A DNA stretch of 26,397 bases from positions 1 to 26,397 of the forward strand of contig JAYRIK010000087.1 in NCBI GenBank assembly GCA_041906865.1. The letters run 5' to 3'. Made by a program: the position numbers and the translations under genes. This stretch comes from Candidatus Auribacterota bacterium (GTDB taxonomy: Bacteria > Auribacterota > JACPWU01). Below are positions 1 through 8,457 of this stretch, one piece after another (position 1 is the first letter of the stretch; every line of letters starts with the position of its first letter). The notes under the pieces were generated by a model, which saw only the letters and a list, made by a program, of their open reading frames with translations, was not told the DNA's origin and made no database searches.

Positions 1-3000
1 ATGGGCATTTGCTAAATCGACCAATCGATATAACACCCCTTTTTGAAATTTAAATTTTTCTTTTGTTTTTAACTCCCCCTCTGAAGGAATGTCTTCATTC
101 GGAGACATTCCTTCCTCCATCGGCATCACTGCCCCAATCAATTGCACCCGATCCGTAAAAGGAGTCCCAGTAATCGTCTCCACATGCACATTCTTTTTCT
201 CATCTTGATATTTCTGAATAGCTTTTTCCAAATTGTCTAAACTGTTAATAGGTTGAATAAAAAGGGTAGGAATATCACTCTCAAAAGACCGAGAAACTTT
301 GGAATAGGTATCATCTTCATCTTCAAGAGATCTCATTATCCATCTTCCTTCTAAGTCATGCTTAGAAGCAATTAAGCATAAGAAATCCTGAGAATCTAAA
401 TAAGCATCTAAATGAGAAATTCCTCTCTCTCCCAATATTTTTTCATTAAACAGTGTTTCCTCCATTCCCACCCAAGCTCTTATTCCTGTATAACTTCCAG
501 AAACAAGAACAAACTCCCCTGTCGAATTCAACAAACATTTTACATCCACTTGTTTATCGTGATCAGTTTCTAATAATTTTAAATCCCTTATGGAATACTT
601 ACCTGATACCTCTTCTTTATACACCTTCAACAATCCATATCCACTTCCACAGACAAAAATTAATTTGCCTTCTTTATCAAGTAACGCATCTAGAGACATC
701 GGGTCAGATATACCGCCTATTGTCGAAACATCCAAACAACGACTTCCATTTTCTTTTAGAATATTTATTGTTCCTCCACTTTCTAGCACTAAAACGATAA
801 CTTGTCCTGTAGGCGTCAATAGAATTTTATACTTGCTCCATCCTCCAGGAGCAGGTTTAAACCCTATATTTCTAAGGACAAACTGACCTTGTGTATCTTC
901 TTTTAATAGAGACATTTCTCCTGAGATATCTTCTCGGTAAACAATGTTTAAATTTCCATTTGCATCAAAACATGCATCAAATTCTAAATTTGAACCCTTT
1001 TTAACATGAATTCTTTCAAGAATTTTTTCTCTAAATTGACGGGCTCCCTGTTTTTCAAAAAGATGTATTTTCCCATTTTCATCTGTTCCAATAATCGTCA
1101 AACGATTAGCATGCCTTAAAACTTTGACATGAAGAAGCTTGCAAGCTAACCATTGAGTAGATTGATTACTGTTTGGATAAAACATTCCTATTCCCTCTTG
1201 GAGATTAGCAGAGAAAAAGATAATAGGTCCATTCTCTCCAGAGATAATCTGATCATACCCTTGCATAGGAACAAAATTTTTCTTTTCAGTCGCAGTTATA
1301 ACCTTCTGTTCCAATCCACTGATTTTATGCTCAAAATTTCGAACAGAAACTGTTCTGGGTTGCATCTGGACTTCTTTGATGTCACTCGGAAGAAGTTGAA
1401 CCATTTGAGAGTTCTTATCATAATCTGAAGAAGGCATCATATCTCGATAAATCGTTTCTGCTCTTCTCCAAGCTTCTTCTAGGGCGGCCTGTCGATTCAT
1501 CGTTTTCACTAAAATAGAAGAATGTTTCACAAATTCTTCACAGAAGCGTCTCTGTTCTCGAATCGTAATCGTATAAAGGGCTGGATCCTCAGAACTATCG
1601 CGAAGAGGTTTCAGCTCCTCTTTCATTTTTTGATGAAATTCGCGTAGACGTTTAGCAACTTCTCTTTTTTCAGAATCTGTTAAAGAGGAAGCATCCAAAG
1701 CAGGCAAAGAAGCAATACTTTTTGCTAAAGATTTTTTGTTAATAAATTTTCGAAGTGCATCTCCCAAAAGACCTTTATAAGGATGGGCTGGATCTTGCTC
1801 TCGTAATTTGTCTGAATCTGGATAATTCTCTGGATAAATCTTCTGTTGTAAGAGAATCGCCTTTTCATGACCTAGAACAGGGCAAAGAAATTCATGCAAG
1901 AAATATTCTTCGACAAGTGTGTTATGAGGAATAGCTTTTAACTCTCGAATCAAATCTTCTGCAAAAAAAGTTCTTTTTTCTCTGGGAGAGCCCTTTCCTA
2001 AAAAATAATCTTCTTCTGCTTCGACAATACCCTCAAAAACACGAATCTTATGCTGCCCGTTCTTCAGATTGTTTAATTGGCGTCTGAATTCTTTTTTCTT
2101 GTCTTGTGGAAATTCTGGATGATTCACAATAGATTCTAAAATTTGTTCAATAATAAATTGATCATTCGAATCGATCTCGTGTTTCTCAATTTCATCTTTT
2201 TGAGCCTTAAAAATTCTCGCTGAAACTTTTCCTTCACGACTTTGAATAAATCCATCGGACCCATCTAAAAATCTAAGATAAAATCTTTCATGACGCCTGA
2301 CCATACGACCCAAAGAAAATTTCTTCCGAATAAATCTTCTCCCTGCTCTTCCCAATTCAGTCCTTTTGACTGAATTTTCAAGTAACAATGCAACTTTATT
2401 TACAAATTCATCTGTATCTCCTGGATTTACAAGATAACCTGTCTTTCCATTTTCTATAGCTTCAGGAATACCTCCTTTGTTATAGGCCACTACAGGCTTT
2501 TGCATCGCCTGAGCTTCTAAAAGCACCCGTGGCAATCCTTCATCTTCTTGAGTAGGGCATACAACCACTATGCTTCTTGCATAATAATCTCTCATCTCCT
2601 CTCGAGAAAGATGTCCTGTTAAAACGATATCCTCTTCCAAACCATAAGATTTTGCTAAAATCTTGATTTTCTCGTCTATTCCCGAAGAGAAAATACCTCC
2701 AGCAAATACAAGTTTAAACCTGAATCCTTCGTCTCTCAGTCGCTGAGCAATTTTTAAAAATTCCAACTGTCCTTTTTCAGAATAAATTCTTGAGGGTAAA
2801 AAAATCACAGGAATATTTTCTAAAATAGAAATCCTTTCAGGATGAGCATCAAGAGGATTCCAAAAATCCATATCTACTCCATTTGAAAGATTCACAAAAC
2901 GAGAACGAGTATGTAGAGGAACATTTACTGAAGAGACACCTGTAACACCATCTACTGAATCAAGCATCTTTCTTGGATAATGCCGCTCTATGGAAGAATT

Positions 3001-5511
3001 CCCCCCATGATGCTGAGCCAAACAGGGAATTCCTTGTTCTTTCACCCGTTGAACAAGCTCTACTCCATTCACAGCTCCTAAAGAATGAATCATCACTAAA
3101 TCAACAGAATATTTTTTAATAATATTTAGAAGACTTTCTATCTCTGCTCCTGTTCCATAGAATCTTCTAAAAGCCGGCAGATTAGACAAAACAGGAGAGA
3201 ATGGCGTTGTTAGAAGCCAACTACGGAGAGAACCCTTGATACCTGATCGATTTAACCATTTAACAACTTCACTATACAATCTATTTTCGGCCTTACTCCA
3301 AGATCGTGAATTAGAAAAATCTTTTCTCAAAATAGGGACTAAAATAAGTTCTCCTTTCCCTACTTTTATTCTTTTCTCTTTTTCATTAGGATCGGTTGTC
3401 AAATACATTTGAACAATGGTCATGCGATTTCGTTCAAGAAGCCCTCGATTCAAAGCATCCAAATGAGTTTGAGAACCTCCTACAAGATCTATCGTATCTT
3501 GAAAAACACGAAAGATTGTTTTCCCATCTAGAGGACCGGGCCTTGATTCTATCTTCTCCAATTTCTTCTGTGCAAAATCAGATAAAGGATCATTTAAGGT
3601 TTTTAAAACACGAACAACTAATTTCCCTAGTTCACGGTCTTTACGGATTAACTGAACAATATCCTTTTTAGAAAGGATATTTCCTGATGGCTTTACTCTA
3701 GCAACATCCAAATCTTTGAGAGTTTCCTCAACTACACGCTTTATAAAATCACTTGCACCTGCGCCGTGATTCTTCTGCCAATTCATAAGCCAATTACGAA
3801 CAAACTCTTTTCCATATTTTGAAGCTCCAGAACGAGATAATATCTGAGCAAATCTTTTGAGATCTCTTTCCTGAACTTCGGGTCGGTTTTCTCGAGCAAG
3901 TTCATCGAAAAGATAGGAAAGAGCCAACTTATCGTCATGCGAGGGGCGTTGTGCGTCGTATATATTCGCATGACGCAAGCCGCTTGACGCATGACGGTTT
4001 TTCAATTCTTCCATCATTAACTGTTGATAAACCTTTCCATCTAAATCCGTAGAAGTTTTAGGAGTTAAAACCGCATAACCTAAATCTTCTTTTTTCAATC
4101 GCTTCGTGACAGAAGATGTGTGAAAACCGCCTGTGATTAATACCGTTACCCGTTTCCCGTTCGCCGATTTATTCTGAGCGATACTCTCTAATGTTTTCTT
4201 CATCATTATTTCATCTCTTTTGCAGGCAAGTTCATAAAAGCGTTGCGCTAAAGAAAAAAGAGACTTTATTTTGTCATCCCCCGATGTAACATCGGGGGAT
4301 CCATTCACATTTTTATCTTTTTTAAATCTATCCCACTCCTCTCTTGAAGCTTCCAAACGTAATATTTTTTCTAAAAGAATTTCTTTTTGTCTCCTCTCCA
4401 AAAGATTTTTGGCTTCAGGAGTATTTGCTAACGATACTTTCAAAGAATCCACCCACTCTCCCAATTCACGAATCATGGCTTCATGATCAAGAGATGTTTC
4501 TTGCTCAAGAAGACCAACATACTTTGTTAACTCAGAAGATCTTTCTTTTAAAACACCTGCTTTCCCTAATAAAAAGTGAAAATATTCCAAGCTAGGGATT
4601 TTTTCAAGTCGATACTCCAAACTCTTTTTCACAAGAAGCGCTAAATCATTTTTAGATGAATGATGCGTCAAATCTTCTAAAAGCGCCTGTGCCTCTTTTT
4701 TTACCTTTTCCCTTGATAAAGATCTCTGAAGATTCAAAATGTGTATATAAGAATTAAGATTAGGAGAATTAGAAATCAGAGAAGTCTGATGTTCGACGTT
4801 CTGTTTTAAGAGATCTTGAATATATTCATCAAATTTTATTTTTCTATCCTGATAAGATCTCTCCTTTTCAAAGATTTCTAAAAGTTGTTTCGAAAAGATT
4901 TTTTGAGCAATCCTGAAAAAATCTTTATCAACTTTTGCTAAAAAAGAATCCATCAGACTTTTCTGATCCATCACTTCTTTAAAAGCCTTCAAATTTTCCT
5001 GATATAATTTTTCATCTTCAAGCCCTACAATGCGAACAGGAATTTTTGAATATTGTGTGATAGCAAAAAATTCTGCTGCACTTAATCTACCTTCTCTTAA
5101 AAAAGTGAGTGCTGCCTCTTCTTTCAATCTTTGATCAGGGAATGAACCAAAAAGACTCGTGTCTATTTCCCCCTTAGCTCCTTCAACTAAAACTAAAAAC
5201 CCGTCATGCGATAAAACATTCGAATCATCATGTAATTTTTTCCATAGCGTTTCTAAAATCTTCGATACATTCATTTGTGCTTCAGAGTTACAATGAAGAT
5301 CTTGAATATGAATAACAAAAGGACTATTTTGATGATTACTTTTGGAGAACTCTCCAACATGAGCAAATGGAGATATTGCTGAGTCTAAAAAAGCTTCGTT
5401 TATGAATGGGATAGTGCTTGAAGCCGGAGCAGAAAAAGAGGGTGAAAACTCTCCAGAATGGACGATTAAAGAAATAGCTAAAATTAAAGAAAAACCTTTT
5501 CGAAAAGCCAT
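1..5511 (-). CDS. Giant multidomain exported protein, 3'-truncated by the window edge (>=1837 aa): signal peptide, Omnitrophota-type header domain, GT4 glycosyltransferase, HExxCxxxxH region, beta-rich/propeller-like region
   Basis: Manual translation of the minus frame from ATG at 5509-5511 (AAGGAG upstream) to base 1 finds no stop. N-term MAFRKGFSLILAISLIVHS; motifs IHIQDLHCN (aa 67-75), LVEGAKG (E110), KRDEIM (R432), LITGGFH (458-464). GT4 motifs GGSQTH (678), SRIYSEKG (907-914), EGLPRVLLEA (EX7E, E991-E999), PVVAYNKGGIPE. HEFLCPVLGH at 1206-1215. Confidence 0.93.
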   Translation of the reverse strand, partial: MAFRKGFSLILAISLIVHSGEFSPSFSAPASSTIPFINEAFLDSAISPFAHVGEFSKSNHQNSPFVIHIQDLHCNSEAQMNVSKILETLWKKLHDDSNVLSHDGFLVLVEGAKGEIDTSLFGSFPDQRLKEEAALTFLREGRLSAAEFFAITQYSKIPVRIVGLEDEKLYQENLKAFKEVMDQKSLMDSFLAKVDKDFFRIAQKIFSKQLLEIFEKERSYQDRKIKFDEYIQDLLKQNVEHQTSLISNSPNLNSYIHILNLQRSLSREKVKKEAQALLEDLTHHSSKNDLALLVKKSLEYRLEKIPSLEYFHFLLGKAGVLKERSSELTKYVGLLEQETSLDHEAMIRELGEWVDSLKVSLANTPEAKNLLERRQKEILLEKILRLEASREEWDRFKKDKNVNGSPDVTSGDDKIKSLFSLAQRFYELACKRDEIMMKKTLESIAQNKSANGKRVTVLITGGFHTSSVTKRLKKEDLGYAVLTPKTSTDLDGKVYQQLMMEELKNRHASSGLRHANIYDAQRPSHDDKLALSYLFDELARENRPEVQERDLKRFAQILSRSGASKYGKEFVRNWLMNWQKNHGAGASDFIKRVVEETLKDLDVARVKPSGNILSKKDIVQLIRKDRELGKLVVRVLKTLNDPLSDFAQKKLEKIESRPGPLDGKTIFRVFQDTIDLVGGSQTHLDALNRGLLERNRMTIVQMYLTTDPNEKEKRIKVGKGELILVPILRKDFSNSRSWSKAENRLYSEVVKWLNRSGIKGSLRSWLLTTPFSPVLSNLPAFRRFYGTGAEIESLLNIIKKYSVDLVMIHSLGAVNGVELVQRVKEQGIPCLAQHHGGNSSIERHYPRKMLDSVDGVTGVSSVNVPLHTRSRFVNLSNGVDMDFWNPLDAHPERISILENIPVIFLPSRIYSEKGQLEFLKIAQRLRDEGFRFKLVFAGGIFSSGIDEKIKILAKSYGLEEDIVLTGHLSREEMRDYYARSIVVVCPTQEDEGLPRVLLEAQAMQKPVVAYNKGGIPEAIENGKTGYLVNPGDTDEFVNKVALLLENSVKRTELGRAGRRFIRKKFSLGRMVRRHERFYLRFLDGSDGFIQSREGKVSARIFKAQKDEIEKHEIDSNDQFIIEQILESIVNHPEFPQDKKKEFRRQLNNLKNGQHKIRVFEGIVEAEEDYFLGKGSPREKRTFFAEDLIRELKAIPHNTLVEEYFLHEFLCPVLGHEKAILLQQKIYPENYPDSDKLREQDPAHPYKGLLGDALRKFINKKSLAKSIASLPALDASSLTDSEKREVAKRLREFHQKMKEELKPLRDSSEDPALYTITIREQRRFCEEFVKHSSILVKTMNRQAALEEAWRRAETIYRDMMPSSDYDKNSQMVQLLPSDIKEVQMQPRTVSVRNFEHKISGLEQKVITATEKKNFVPMQGYDQIISGENGPIIFFSANLQEGIGMFYPNSNQSTQWLACKLLHVKVLRHANRLTIIGTDENGKIHLFEKQGARQFREKILERIHVKKGSNLEFDACFDANGNLNIVYREDISGEMSLLKEDTQGQFVLRNIGFKPAPGGWSKYKILLTPTGQVIVLVLESGGTINILKENGSRCLDVSTIGGISDPMSLDALLDKEGKLIFVCGSGYGLLKVYKEEVSGKYSIRDLKLLETDHDKQVDVKCLLNSTGEFVLVSGSYTGIRAWVGMEETLFNEKILGERGISHLDAYLDSQDFLCLIASKHDLEGRWIMRSLEDEDDTYSKVSRSFESDIPTLFIQPINSLDNLEKAIQKYQDEKKNVHVETITGTPFTDRVQLIGAVMPMEEGMSPNEDIPSEGELKTKEKFKFQKGVLYRLVDLANAH
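83..114. repeat. Perfect 12-bp inverted repeat inside the giant CDS
   Basis: GAAGGAATGTCT (83-94) / AGACATTCCTTC (103-114), 8-nt loop. Confidence 0.6.
3933..3996. repeat. Inverted heptamer repeat (RTGCGTY / ACGCATR family), in-frame in the giant CDS
   Basis: CGTCATGCG..GCGTTGTGCGTC..CGCATGACGCAAG..ACGCATGACG; same units at 22975-23020 and 26114-26185. Confidence 0.75.
4273..4303 (+). repeat. REP-like palindrome family A (GTCAT...ATCCA, 31 nt), in-frame in the giant CDS
   Basis: GTCATCCCCCGATGTAACATCGGGGGATCCA, 11-bp perfect stem; same length and ends as the reverse complement of 6868-6898. Confidence 0.8.
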
Positions 5512-5621
5512 GCTTTGGATATAGCTCCTTTTTGGAAAGACAGGTAATATTGTAGCTCATTTTTAGCACAATTTCAAGTTTTAATTATTTTTTATAACTT
5601 ATTTGCATAAAGAATCTTAAA

Positions 5622-6881
5622 ATGATAATTAATTTTATAAACCTCCTTAAATCTTCTGCTTCCTTACCTTGTCTCAAAAAAGCTCTAAAAACTCTTCAAA
5701 TTCACCACAAAAAATATTTGATTCTCTTAAAAACGGAAGAAATAATTCTTTCGCTCAATGAAGTTGCACAACTTTGGTTAAAACCAAAATCTCCCGTTCG
5801 AAAAGAAGCGATAAAATTGCTATCGTTGACAACAGGAGGCTCTAAAGAAATCATTTCTGAAGGACTTGATTTAGCTTTTCAAGAAGTCACTCAAAAAAAA
5901 TTAAAAAAAGCATTAAAACAACTTGAGAACTTTCCTCGGCCATGCGTATCTACTTTCATTTTTGCAGGAATTATTCCTACTCCTATGCTTTTCGATATAT
6001 TTCTTGGGCTTCTTTTAAAATCTTCTGTCTTTGTGAAATGCCCTTCACGCGCTCCTCTCTTTCCTATTCTGCTAATACGCTCGATTCAAAAAGTAAATCC
6101 AAAACTTGGAAAATGTATTACGGCTTTTCATTGGCCTGGAGGAAAATCGAATTTTGAAAAAGATTTATTTAAAAAATCTGATCTTATTCATGCTTATGGA
6201 ACTGATGAGACGATTGAAAAAATTTCAGAAAAAATCTCTTCTTCAAAAACTTTTTTGTCTTTTGGACATAAATTAAGTTTTAGCATTATTTTAAAAGAAC
6301 ATATGACGAAACAATTTATAGACTCGCTCACTCAAAAAGTTGCTTACGACATTTCTCTCTATGATCAGCAAGGTTGCATGTCTCCCCATGTAATCTATGT
6401 ACAAAAGGGAGGTAATATTTTAGTTCATGATTGGGCAAAAAAATTGGCGGATGCGATGCAGAAAATTCTAAAAAAACTTCCTACTGGAAAAATTTCTTTG
6501 GGCGAAGCCTCCCAAATTCATCAAATTCGAGGGCAAACAGCACTATCTTCAGATAAATCCTGTATTTCAAGTCATCCTACCCCTGAGTGGACAATCATTT
6601 ATGAAGAAAATCCCTCATTTCATGCATCTTGTCTCAATCGAGTGATTTTTGTAAAACCTTTTTCGAATCTAAATGAACTTCATAAAATTTTAAAAAAAGA
6701 AAAGGGAAATTTCCAAGCGCTTGGTTTTTCTACAGATGCGAAGAAGAAAAATTCGATCAAAGACTTTGCAAGAAGTTTAAAAGTTCCCATGCTCCAGCAT
6801 ATTGGGGAAATGCAGAAACTTTCTTTTGAACAGCATATTGAGGAAAGACTAGAGAAATTTAAAAAAATGGATTCCCGATAA
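5622..6881 (+). CDS. Acyl-CoA reductase, LuxC family (ALDH-like fold)
   Basis: Motifs AYGTDETI, SFGHKLSF and YDQQGCMSPH (putative catalytic Cys) match LuxC-type reductases. No luxE/luxD in the window. Confidence 0.8.
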   Translation: MIINFINLLKSSASLPCLKKALKTLQIHHKKYLILLKTEEIILSLNEVAQLWLKPKSPVRKEAIKLLSLTTGGSKEIISEGLDLAFQEVTQKKLKKALKQLENFPRPCVSTFIFAGIIPTPMLFDIFLGLLLKSSVFVKCPSRAPLFPILLIRSIQKVNPKLGKCITAFHWPGGKSNFEKDLFKKSDLIHAYGTDETIEKISEKISSSKTFLSFGHKLSFSIILKEHMTKQFIDSLTQKVAYDISLYDQQGCMSPHVIYVQKGGNILVHDWAKKLADAMQKILKKLPTGKISLGEASQIHQIRGQTALSSDKSCISSHPTPEWTIIYEENPSFHASCLNRVIFVKPFSNLNELHKILKKEKGNFQALGFSTDAKKKNSIKDFARSLKVPMLQHIGEMQKLSFEQHIEERLEKFKKMDSR

Positions 6882-6898
6882 AAGCACTCGGGAATGAC
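6868..6898 (-). repeat. REP-like palindrome family A overlapping the reductase stop codon; may act as a terminator
   Basis: Reverse complement GTCATTCCCGAGTGCTTTTATCGGGAATCCA; stem ATTCCCGA/TCGGGAAT. It supplies most of the final codons M-D-S-R-stop. Confidence 0.8.
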
Positions 6899-6915
6899 AA
6901 GTTATTTGATCGAGA

Positions 6916-6947
6916 GAAAACATGCCGGGAGACGGAATTGAACCGCC
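6916..6947 (-). repeat. 32-nt direct repeat of the tRNA-Phe 3' end plus 7 nt of trailer (att-like)
   Basis: GAAAACATGCCGGGAGACGGAATTGAACCGCC at 6916-6947 is identical to 7167-7198. Confidence 0.92.
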
Positions 6948-6952
6948 CCCAC

Positions 6953-7100
6953 GTCATCCCAATATTCATCGGGATTCCCCAGAGGGAAAACCAAGGTTTT
7001 TCCTCAAGGCGCTCATCCTTCACAATGTTCAGGATTCGCTGTACTCCTTTTCCTATAAGGAATCATTTCACTCATTGGGGAGACCAGGTGTTCTCCCCAA
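6953..7100. repeat. Mosaic of short hairpins between the two tRNA-Phe 3' copies
   Basis: GTCATCCC..GGGATTCC (6953-6978, degenerate family A), GAGGGAAAACC/GGTTTTTCCTC (6982-7005), ATCCT/AGGAT (7015-7035), TTGGGGAGA/TCTCCCCAA (7075-7100). Confidence 0.7.
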
Positions 7101-7173
7101 ACCCCTCTCTTGTGTCGGCTAAATTTTAGACTCTAAGTGGAGACAAAGGGAAAACTATCTGAGAGTGAAAACA

Positions 7174-7246
<73 letters not shown>

Positions 7247-7275
7247 ATTTAAAATCAAAACGAGGCATTCGTAGA

Positions 7276-7839
7276 TTAAATCTTACCGACAAGGTTTAAA
7301 CCAGGCTTCAGTGTTTTCTGTCCAGGTTCCCAACTGGCGGGACAAACTTCACCTTTATTTTCACGCACAAACTTTGCAGCCTGTAATTTTCTTAAAAGCT
7401 CTTTAGCATTACGACCCATACTATTATCTTGAATCTCAATGGCCTTTAACAGTCCATCTGGATCGATGATAAACGTCCCTCTCAAAGAAAGCCCGGCTTC
7501 TTCAATATATGTTCCAAATTCACGACACAGTTTCCCTGTGGGATCTGCAATCATAGGATACTGAACCTTCTTGATAGCAGTAGACGTATCATGCCAAGCC
7601 TTGTGTGTATAAACGGTATCTGTGCTCACAGAAAAAATCTCTACACCTAATTTCTTAAATTCTTCATAATGTTTGGCAGCATCTTCAAGCTCTGTTGGAC
7701 AAATAAAAGTAAAATCTGCTGGATAAAAAATTAAAACCATCCATTTACCACGATAGTCTGCAAAACGAACTTTTTTTATTTCATCGTTATGATAAGCATC
7801 GACTTCAAAATCTTGAACTTTCTGATTAATCTGAATCAT
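7276..7839 (-). CDS. ahpC: Alkyl hydroperoxide reductase subunit C (2-Cys peroxiredoxin)
   Basis: FYPADFTFICPTEL peroxidatic motif and GEVCPASW resolving Cys; AGGAGG RBS. Confidence 0.96.
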   Translation of the reverse strand: MIQINQKVQDFEVDAYHNDEIKKVRFADYRGKWMVLIFYPADFTFICPTELEDAAKHYEEFKKLGVEIFSVSTDTVYTHKAWHDTSTAIKKVQYPMIADPTGKLCREFGTYIEEAGLSLRGTFIIDPDGLLKAIEIQDNSMGRNAKELLRKLQAAKFVRENKGEVCPASWEPGQKTLKPGLNLVGKI

Positions 7840-7847
7840 ATTTATTC

Positions 7848-7887
7848 CTCCTTTAATCTTGAGAAAATCCGGGAGTAACGGGGCTCG
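7848..7887 (-). repeat. 40-nt imperfect direct repeat of the tRNA-Asp 3' end plus trailer, including part of the ahpC RBS
   Basis: CTCCTTTAATCTtgaGAAAATCCGGGAGTaACGGGGCTCG vs 8041-8080 CTCCTTTAATCTacgGAAAATCCGGGAGTgACGGGGCTCG; 36/40 identical. Confidence 0.9.
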
Positions 7888-7894
7888 GCGCCTT

Positions 7895-7963
7895 CGTCCC
7901 TTCGGGACTCCGGTCGGCCATCCGCTCCTTTCAATGTCTCACATCTGCCACCGGCAGATGTGA
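7895..7963. repeat. Hairpin cluster between the tRNA-Asp 3' copies
   Basis: GTCCC-TTC-GGGAC and TCACATCTGCC-ACC-GGCAGATGTGA (7939-7963, 11-bp stem). The TCTGCC-N3-GGCAGA core recurs at 12264-12278. Confidence 0.75.
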
Positions 7964-8062
7964 TTGTTGGTTAGGCGGAGCTCCTATTCGATCCCCTCGA
8001 TTCAACCAACCTATTCCTTTACTCTCTTAACTGTCTTTTACTCCTTTAATCTACGGAAAATC

Positions 8063-8136
8063 CGGGAGTGACGGGGCTCGAACCCGCAACCTCTGCCGTG
8101 ACAGGGCAGCGCTCTAACCAATTGAGCTACACCCCC
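8063..8136 (-). tRNA. tRNA-Asp (GTC), CCA not encoded
   Basis: GGGGGTGTAGCTCAATTGGTTAGAGCGCTGCCCTGTCACGGCAGAGGTTGCGGGTTCGAGCCCCGTCACTCCCG folds into a cloverleaf with anticodon GTC and discriminator G. Confidence 0.97.
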
Positions 8137-8384
8137 TTTAGAAAAAATGCTAGCCTTCTCCTTAAATACCCTCTACCAAATCCTGTTTTTAATTGCTTTT
8201 CTCTAATTTGAGCGTCCTGTTCTGATAAACATGCTTCATAATATGCAAGTCGCCAAGAAACCATATGACTTGTCGTTTTCGTTTTACCTCTCTTATGTTC
8301 CCCTATACGTCTACGTAAATCATGGGTAAAACCAATATAAAATCGATTTTCGGCTTTGCTGTACAAAACATATACGTACCACAT
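8127..8384 (-). CDS. Stand-alone GIY-YIG nuclease (85 aa); stop codon lies within the tRNA-Asp 5' end
   Basis: MWYVYVLYS..FYIGFTHDLRRRIGEH..YYEA..AQIREKQLK fits the YhbQ/UPF0213-like GIY-YIG pattern. Start moved to ATG 8384 because the track's extension runs through a hairpin and tRNA fragment. Confidence 0.92.
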   Translation of the reverse strand: MWYVYVLYSKAENRFYIGFTHDLRRRIGEHKRGKTKTTSHMVSWRLAYYEACLSEQDAQIREKQLKTGFGRGYLRRRLAFFLKGV

Positions 8385-8392
8385 AGCATGCT

Positions 8393-8457
8393 CCCCGCCA
8401 AAAGCTTCGCATTTATGCGGGCCCGTTCCAATGTTCGCTATGCGAACTTTGGTCGGG
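8393..8457. repeat. Structured element upstream of the GIY-YIG gene
   Basis: Near-inverted ends CCCGCCAAAAG / CTTTGGTCGGG enclose hairpins CGCAT-TT-ATGCG and GTTCGC-TAT-GCGAAC. Confidence 0.7.

Noticed and set aside
453-4595. Small track ORFs at 453, 590, 1153, 3396, 3783, 4271 and 4344
   Set aside because: They are antisense or off-frame shadows of the continuous giant CDS and have no recognisable motifs.
5336-5569. 77-aa minus-strand ORF
   Set aside because: It overlaps the giant gene's start in another frame; the giant frame has the RBS, signal peptide and conserved motifs.
5622-6881. Bioluminescence (lux) operon
   Set aside because: Only a LuxC-like gene is present, with no luxA, luxB, luxD or luxE.
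6922-7129. Two short + ORFs (66 and 63 aa)
   Set aside because: They are read through the antisense tRNA fragment and hairpin mosaic; MPGDGIEPP is the reverse of a tRNA T-arm.
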